From positions 329,718 through 393,717 of the forward strand of contig CAZUHV010000001.1 in assembly GCA_964620965.1 (NCBI GenBank): DNA of 64,000 nt, given 5' to 3'. A program made the position numbers and the translations under genes. This DNA comes from an uncultured Pseudomonadales bacterium (GTDB lineage: Bacteria; Patescibacteriota; Microgenomatia; UBA1400; PJMF01). This document shows, piece by piece, positions 59,927 to 64,000 of this stretch. Each line of letters begins with the position of its first letter. The first letter of the stretch is position 1. The notes under the pieces are model-generated. The model was not told the origin of the DNA. It made no database searches and saw only the letters and a list, made by a program, of their open reading frames with translations.

Positions 59927-62152
59927 ATGAACGATACTAATTTCAAAGAAAATCTCTGGCAAGATGAGATTAATGTTCGTGACTTTATATACACGAACAT
60001 CACAAGATATGATGGTGATGCGAAATTTTTAGAAGGTCCAACAAAAAACACAAAAAAATTGTGGGATGAATGTAAAAAACTTCTAGAACAGGAACGAAAA
60101 AACGGTGGAGTTTTGGACATTGATACCAAAACAATTTCTACTATTTCTAGCCACAAACCTGGATACATAGATAAAACACTAGAAAAAATTATTGGAGTCC
60201 AAACAGATAAACCTTTAAAGCGTGCAATCAAACCATTTGGTGGTTGGCGTGTTGTCCAAAAGGCATGTGAAGAAAATGGCTATGAGCTTGATCCAGAAGT
60301 TATTGAAATTTTTTCCAAATATAGAAAATCACATAATGATGGTGTCTTTGATGCTTATACCGAAGAAATGCGTAAATTAAGAAAATCTGGGCTTATCACG
60401 GGTCTTCCAGATAACTATGCGCGTGGCCGTATTATCGGAGATTACCGAAGACTTGCTTTGTATGGACTAGAGCGACTCATAGAAGCTAAGCAAAAAGACC
60501 TAGAAAAACTCGACGGAGAGATGACCAACGACTTAATCCAACTTCGTGAGGAAGTAAGTGAACAAATCAGAGCTCTTGAAATGGTTGGAGAAATGGCAAA
60601 AAGCTATGGAATCGATGTTTCTAAACCTGCACAAACAGCTCAAGAAGCAATTCAATTCACCTACATTGCCTATCTTGCAGCAATCAAAGAACAAGACGGT
60701 GCAGCAATGAGTTTAGGCAATGTGAGTAGCTTCTTTGATATCTATATTGAACGTGATCTTAAAAACAAAGTAATTACAGAGGCAGAAGCTCAAGAATTAG
60801 TTGACCACTTTGTTATGAAACTGCGTTTAGTTCGCCACTTAAGAATGGATGAATATAATCAATTGTTTGCTGGGGATCCAACATGGGTAACAGAAGTAAT
60901 TGGTGGCGTCTTTAAAGATGGCACACATAAAATTACCAAAACAAGTTTTAGATTTTTACAGACTTTATACAACTTAGGCCCAGCCCCAGAACCAAATCTT
61001 ACAATTTTGTGGAATGAAACACTCCCACAAGGTTTTAAAGATTTTTGTAGTCAAGTTTCTATTGATACTTCTTCTTTGCAGTATGAAAATGATGAACTTA
61101 TGAGTACTGCAGGAGATTGTGATGATTACTGCATAGCATGTTGTGTTTCCATGATGGAAACCGGAAAAGAGATGCAGTTCTTTGGTGCCCGCTGTAATTT
61201 AGCAAAGACATTGTTGCTTGCGATCAATGAAGGTAGAGATGAGTTTACAAACACAGAGATCATTCCAGGAATTGAGCCACTCCCAGAAGGAAAACTAGAT
61301 TATGTAGAAGTTGAAAGACGCTTTAATAAAGCAATGAGCTATATTGCAAAAGCGTATGTAAATACAATGAATGTCATCCACTACATGCACGATAAATACT
61401 ATTACGAACGTGCACAACTTGCATTTATGGATACTCACATTCATAGAAATATGGCCTTTGGAGCTGCTGGATTAAGCGTTGCTGCAGATTCACTTTCTGC
61501 AATTAGATTTGCTGAGGTCACACCTATTCGAAATGAACAAGGATTGGCAACTGAGTTTAAAATTGAAGGCGAATTTCCAATGTTTGGAAACGATGATGAT
61601 AAAGTTGATGATATAGCAAAAATGCTTGTCCACGATTTTAATCAAGAACTTTCAAAACATCATATTTATAGAGATGCAACACCTACACTTTCTATCCTCA
61701 CAATCACATCAAATGTTGTGTATGGCAAAAAAACCGGTGCAACCCCAGACGGAAGAAAAGCACACGAAGCATTTGCTCCAGGAGCAAATCCTATGCATGG
61801 CCGTGATAAATCTGGAGCGATTGCATCACTCAATTCTGTAGCAAAAATTGACTACAACGATGCTAGAGACGGAGTTTCAAATACTTTCTCTATAGTTCCA
61901 AAATCATTAGGAAGTAGTAAAAAAGATCAAATTACAAATTTATCTGGAATGTTAGATGGATACTTTTTAAACAAAGCACATCATTTGAATGTAAATGTTT
62001 TGAATAAAGATACTTTACTTGATGCTGTTGCTCACCCAGAAAACTATCCTCAATTAACAATTAGAGTTTCTGGATATGCGGTGAATTTTGTGAGATTGAG
62101 CAAAGAACAACAACAGGAAGTAATCGCAAGAACATTCCACCAGAGCATGTAG
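59927..62152 (+). CDS. pflB: Formate C-acetyltransferase (pyruvate formate-lyase)
   Basis: 741 aa; C-terminal glycyl-radical motif [12 protein letters not shown]; active-site Cys pair region ([10 protein letters not shown]). Confidence 0.9.
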   Translation: MNDTNFKENLWQDEINVRDFIYTNITRYDGDAKFLEGPTKNTKKLWDECKKLLEQERKNGGVLDIDTKTISTISSHKPGYIDKTLEKIIGVQTDKPLKRAIKPFGGWRVVQKACEENGYELDPEVIEIFSKYRKSHNDGVFDAYTEEMRKLRKSGLITGLPDNYARGRIIGDYRRLALYGLERLIEAKQKDLEKLDGEMTNDLIQLREEVSEQIRALEMVGEMAKSYGIDVSKPAQTAQEAIQFTYIAYLAAIKEQDGAAMSLGNVSSFFDIYIERDLKNKVITEAEAQELVDHFVMKLRLVRHLRMDEYNQLFAGDPTWVTEVIGGVFKDGTHKITKTSFRFLQTLYNLGPAPEPNLTILWNETLPQGFKDFCSQVSIDTSSLQYENDELMSTAGDCDDYCIACCVSMMETGKEMQFFGARCNLAKTLLLAINEGRDEFTNTEIIPGIEPLPEGKLDYVEVERRFNKAMSYIAKAYVNTMNVIHYMHDKYYYERAQLAFMDTHIHRNMAFGAAGLSVAADSLSAIRFAEVTPIRNEQGLATEFKIEGEFPMFGNDDDKVDDIAKMLVHDFNQELSKHHIYRDATPTLSILTITSNVVYGKKTGATPDGRKAHEAFAPGANPMHGRDKSGAIASLNSVAKIDYNDARDGVSNTFSIVPKSLGSSKKDQITNLSGMLDGYFLNKAHHLNVNVLNKDTLLDAVAHPENYPQLTIRVSGYAVNFVRLSKEQQQEVIARTFHQSM

Positions 62153-62163
62153 TTAAGTGAAAA

Positions 62164-62895
62164 ATGTTAAAAGTTCATTCAATCGAAACCTTCGGCACAC
62201 ATGATGGACCAGGAATACGACTAGTGGTTTTCCTGCAAGGCTGTATGTTTCGTTGTGCGTACTGTCATAATCCAGATTCTCAAGAATGGGATAATCCAAA
62301 AGCAATTGAACTTTCTGCAGAAGATATCATTGAAAAACTAAACAAAGAAAAAAACTATTTTAAAAATGGCGGTGGAATTACCTTCTCTGGTGGAGAACCT
62401 ACTTTACAAGCAGAACAGCTATTACCTATTTGCAAAAAAATAAAAGAAGCTGGATTTCATATTACACTTGATACCTGTGGAGCAATTCATACAAAAACGA
62501 CTCAAGAACTGTATGATGTTTGTGATCTTGTCATGCTTGATGTAAAGCATATTAATCGTGATTGGCATATAAAGCTTACAAAACAACCAAATGACACTGT
62601 ACTTAAAAATGCTCAATACAGAGAAAAGACTGGTAAAGAGCTGTGGCTTCGATATGTTTTGGTTCCTGGTTGGACCGATCAAGCTGAGTACTTAGAGGAA
62701 TGGGCAAAATATTTTTCAAAATTTGCTTCTGTATCTAAAGTACAAATCTTGCCATATCACCTTTTAGGAGTTCATAAATACAAAGAACTTGGATTAGAGT
62801 ACCAACTTGAAGGAGTAAAAGCTGCCACACAAAAAGATGCGCAGCGTGCTCAAAAAATATTTGAAAAACACTTAAATCAAGTTGAGATTGCATAA
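62164..62895 (+). CDS. pflA: Pyruvate formate-lyase activating enzyme (radical SAM)
   Basis: CMFRCAYCHNPD radical-SAM CxxxCxxC plus GGE-type SAM motif (FSGGEPTLQ); immediately downstream of pflB. Confidence 0.9.
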   Translation: MLKVHSIETFGTHDGPGIRLVVFLQGCMFRCAYCHNPDSQEWDNPKAIELSAEDIIEKLNKEKNYFKNGGGITFSGGEPTLQAEQLLPICKKIKEAGFHITLDTCGAIHTKTTQELYDVCDLVMLDVKHINRDWHIKLTKQPNDTVLKNAQYREKTGKELWLRYVLVPGWTDQAEYLEEWAKYFSKFASVSKVQILPYHLLGVHKYKELGLEYQLEGVKAATQKDAQRAQKIFEKHLNQVEIA

Positions 62896-62964
62896 CAAAT
62901 TGAAATAACTCACTAAAATAGTGCATAATAAAGGTAATAACTAAAAAAATTAGAAAGACTTTTT

Positions 62965-64000
62965 ATGTCTTATCAGGCTCTGTTCTACCCAAAATCTATT
63001 GCTATTATTGGAGCATCTAGAAATATCAAGACTGTTGGAAATGATGTTATAAAAAACTTAGTTTCGCAAGGTTACACCGGCAATATCTTTCCAGTAAACC
63101 CAAAAGCTGATATTTTGTATGGGAAACAGGTTTATAAATCTATCCAAGAAATTCCTGAACAAATAGATCTTGCAATCATCGCAATTCCTGCTGCGTATGT
63201 TGCACAAGCACTTGTTGAGGCAAACGAAAAAGGTGCCACAGCAGCTGTTGTTATTTCTGCAGGTTTTAAAGAAGCGGGCAACCAAGATCTTGAAGAAGAA
63301 GTCGCCAAAGTGTGTATAGAAAGAGACATTACTCTAATTGGTCCTAACTGTTTGGGAATTATTAACCCTGAATCAAAAATGAATGCTTCGTTTGCTGGAA
63401 TCATGCCAAAAGAAGGAACTGTAGCGTTTGTTTCTCAAAGTGGAGCTCTGTGTACAGCCGTTTTGGATTACGCGGTCGATTTGCATGTTGGGTTTTCTAA
63501 ATTTGTTAGCACAGGAAACAAAGCTGTGACAGATGAATTAGCACTTTTGAAATTTTTTGCAGAGGACGAAAAAACAAAAGTAATTGCAATGTATGTAGAA
63601 CAGCTTGAAAATGCTCCAGAATTAATTTCTGTTATCAAACAAATTTCTTTAGGAGAAAATGCAAAACCTGTTATTATTTTAAAATCTGGAACGACACAAG
63701 AAGGTTCTAGTGCAATTGCATCTCATACTGGCTCACTTGCTGGTGGTGATGCTGCATATGAGGCACTTTTTTCACAAGCAGGAATTATTCGAGCAGAAAA
63801 TATGGCCGAGCTATTTGATTACATTCAAATTTTTTCTAAAAATAAGTTGAGCGAAGTAAAAAATGTAACAATTGTAACAAATGCAGGAGGGCCAGGAGTT
63901 CTAACTACAGATGCTGTTATTAATGCAGGTCTGAAACTTGCAAAACTAGAAGAATCTACAACACACAAGCTGCAAGAGTTTTTACCAAAAGCTGCAAATA
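62965..64000 (+). CDS. Acetyl-CoA synthetase (ADP-forming) / acetate--CoA ligase alpha-subunit-like CoA-binding protein; 3' end beyond window
   Basis: ATG at 62965: MSYQALFYPKSIAIIGASRNIKTVGNDVIKNL...VSQSGALCTAVLDYA, an NDP-forming acyl-CoA synthetase N-terminal domain. No stop before the window end. Confidence 0.8.
   Translation, partial: MSYQALFYPKSIAIIGASRNIKTVGNDVIKNLVSQGYTGNIFPVNPKADILYGKQVYKSIQEIPEQIDLAIIAIPAAYVAQALVEANEKGATAAVVISAGFKEAGNQDLEEEVAKVCIERDITLIGPNCLGIINPESKMNASFAGIMPKEGTVAFVSQSGALCTAVLDYAVDLHVGFSKFVSTGNKAVTDELALLKFFAEDEKTKVIAMYVEQLENAPELISVIKQISLGENAKPVIILKSGTTQEGSSAIASHTGSLAGGDAAYEALFSQAGIIRAENMAELFDYIQIFSKNKLSEVKNVTIVTNAGGPGVLTTDAVINAGLKLAKLEESTTHKLQEFLPKAAN

Noticed and set aside
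1-64000. CRISPR arrays and rRNA genes
   Set aside because: No regularly spaced 25-40-bp direct repeats with unique spacers and no 16S/23S/5S-like segments were seen anywhere in the window. The only Cas-like element is the stand-alone Cas4/RecB-like nuclease domain.
1-64000. Alternative genetic code (TGA read as sense, as in some candidate-phyla lineages)
   Set aside because: Long housekeeping genes (dnaG, mutS, mutL, hsdR, pflB) are uninterrupted under the standard code. Stops are mostly TAA/TAG with at least one clean TGA stop (arsC). The single in-frame TGA at 46209 is therefore treated as a local disruption.

Overview
This is a low-GC (about one-third GC by eye) bacterial chromosomal segment that uses the standard genetic code. 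Long ORFs are intact under code 11, and both TAA/TAG and occasional TGA stops are seen.

Both ends of the window are ordinary housekeeping DNA.
- Left end: gdh (partial), trxB, trxA, a CsoR-like repressor, dnaG, mutL/mutS, MgtC, NUDIX and HD hydrolases, and a Na+/Ca2+ exchanger.
- Right end: mscL, maf, pflB/pflA and an ADP-forming acetyl-CoA synthetase.

The middle (about 16.9-47.9 kb) is a mosaic accessory region.
- A Type II restriction-modification pair whose methyltransferase has an N-terminal HEAT-repeat domain.
- Three near-identical intergenic repeats with tRNA 3'-end (T-arm plus acceptor) architecture at about 20.36, 21.27 and 21.90 kb. They separate small accessory genes (arsC-like, cupin, flavodoxin, GNAT). 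A weaker related copy sits immediately 3' of tRNA-Ser(GGA) at 46.58 kb.
- A higher-GC block (ArsR, two cupins, a Cas4/RecB-like DUF2779 nuclease, DUF1508).
- A complete Type I restriction-modification operon with two divergent hsdM paralogs and an embedded Shedu-like (DUF4263-like) gene between hsdS and hsdR.
- A phage-derived module: a ParB-methyltransferase fusion, a second methyltransferase, small and large terminase subunits, an XRE repressor, four unknown genes and a large serine recombinase. It abuts tRNA-Ser(GGA), and a second tRNA-Ser(GCU) lies 1.2 kb further on.

Other notable items:
- an in-frame TGA splitting a PD-(D/E)xK nuclease gene
- a frameshifted Na+/Ca2+ exchanger at a poly-G tract
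- a single strikingly GC-rich lipoprotein gene (52.85-53.88 kb) in the AT-rich background.

No CRISPR array and no rRNA were seen. All functional calls are from motif recognition by eye, with no database searches.
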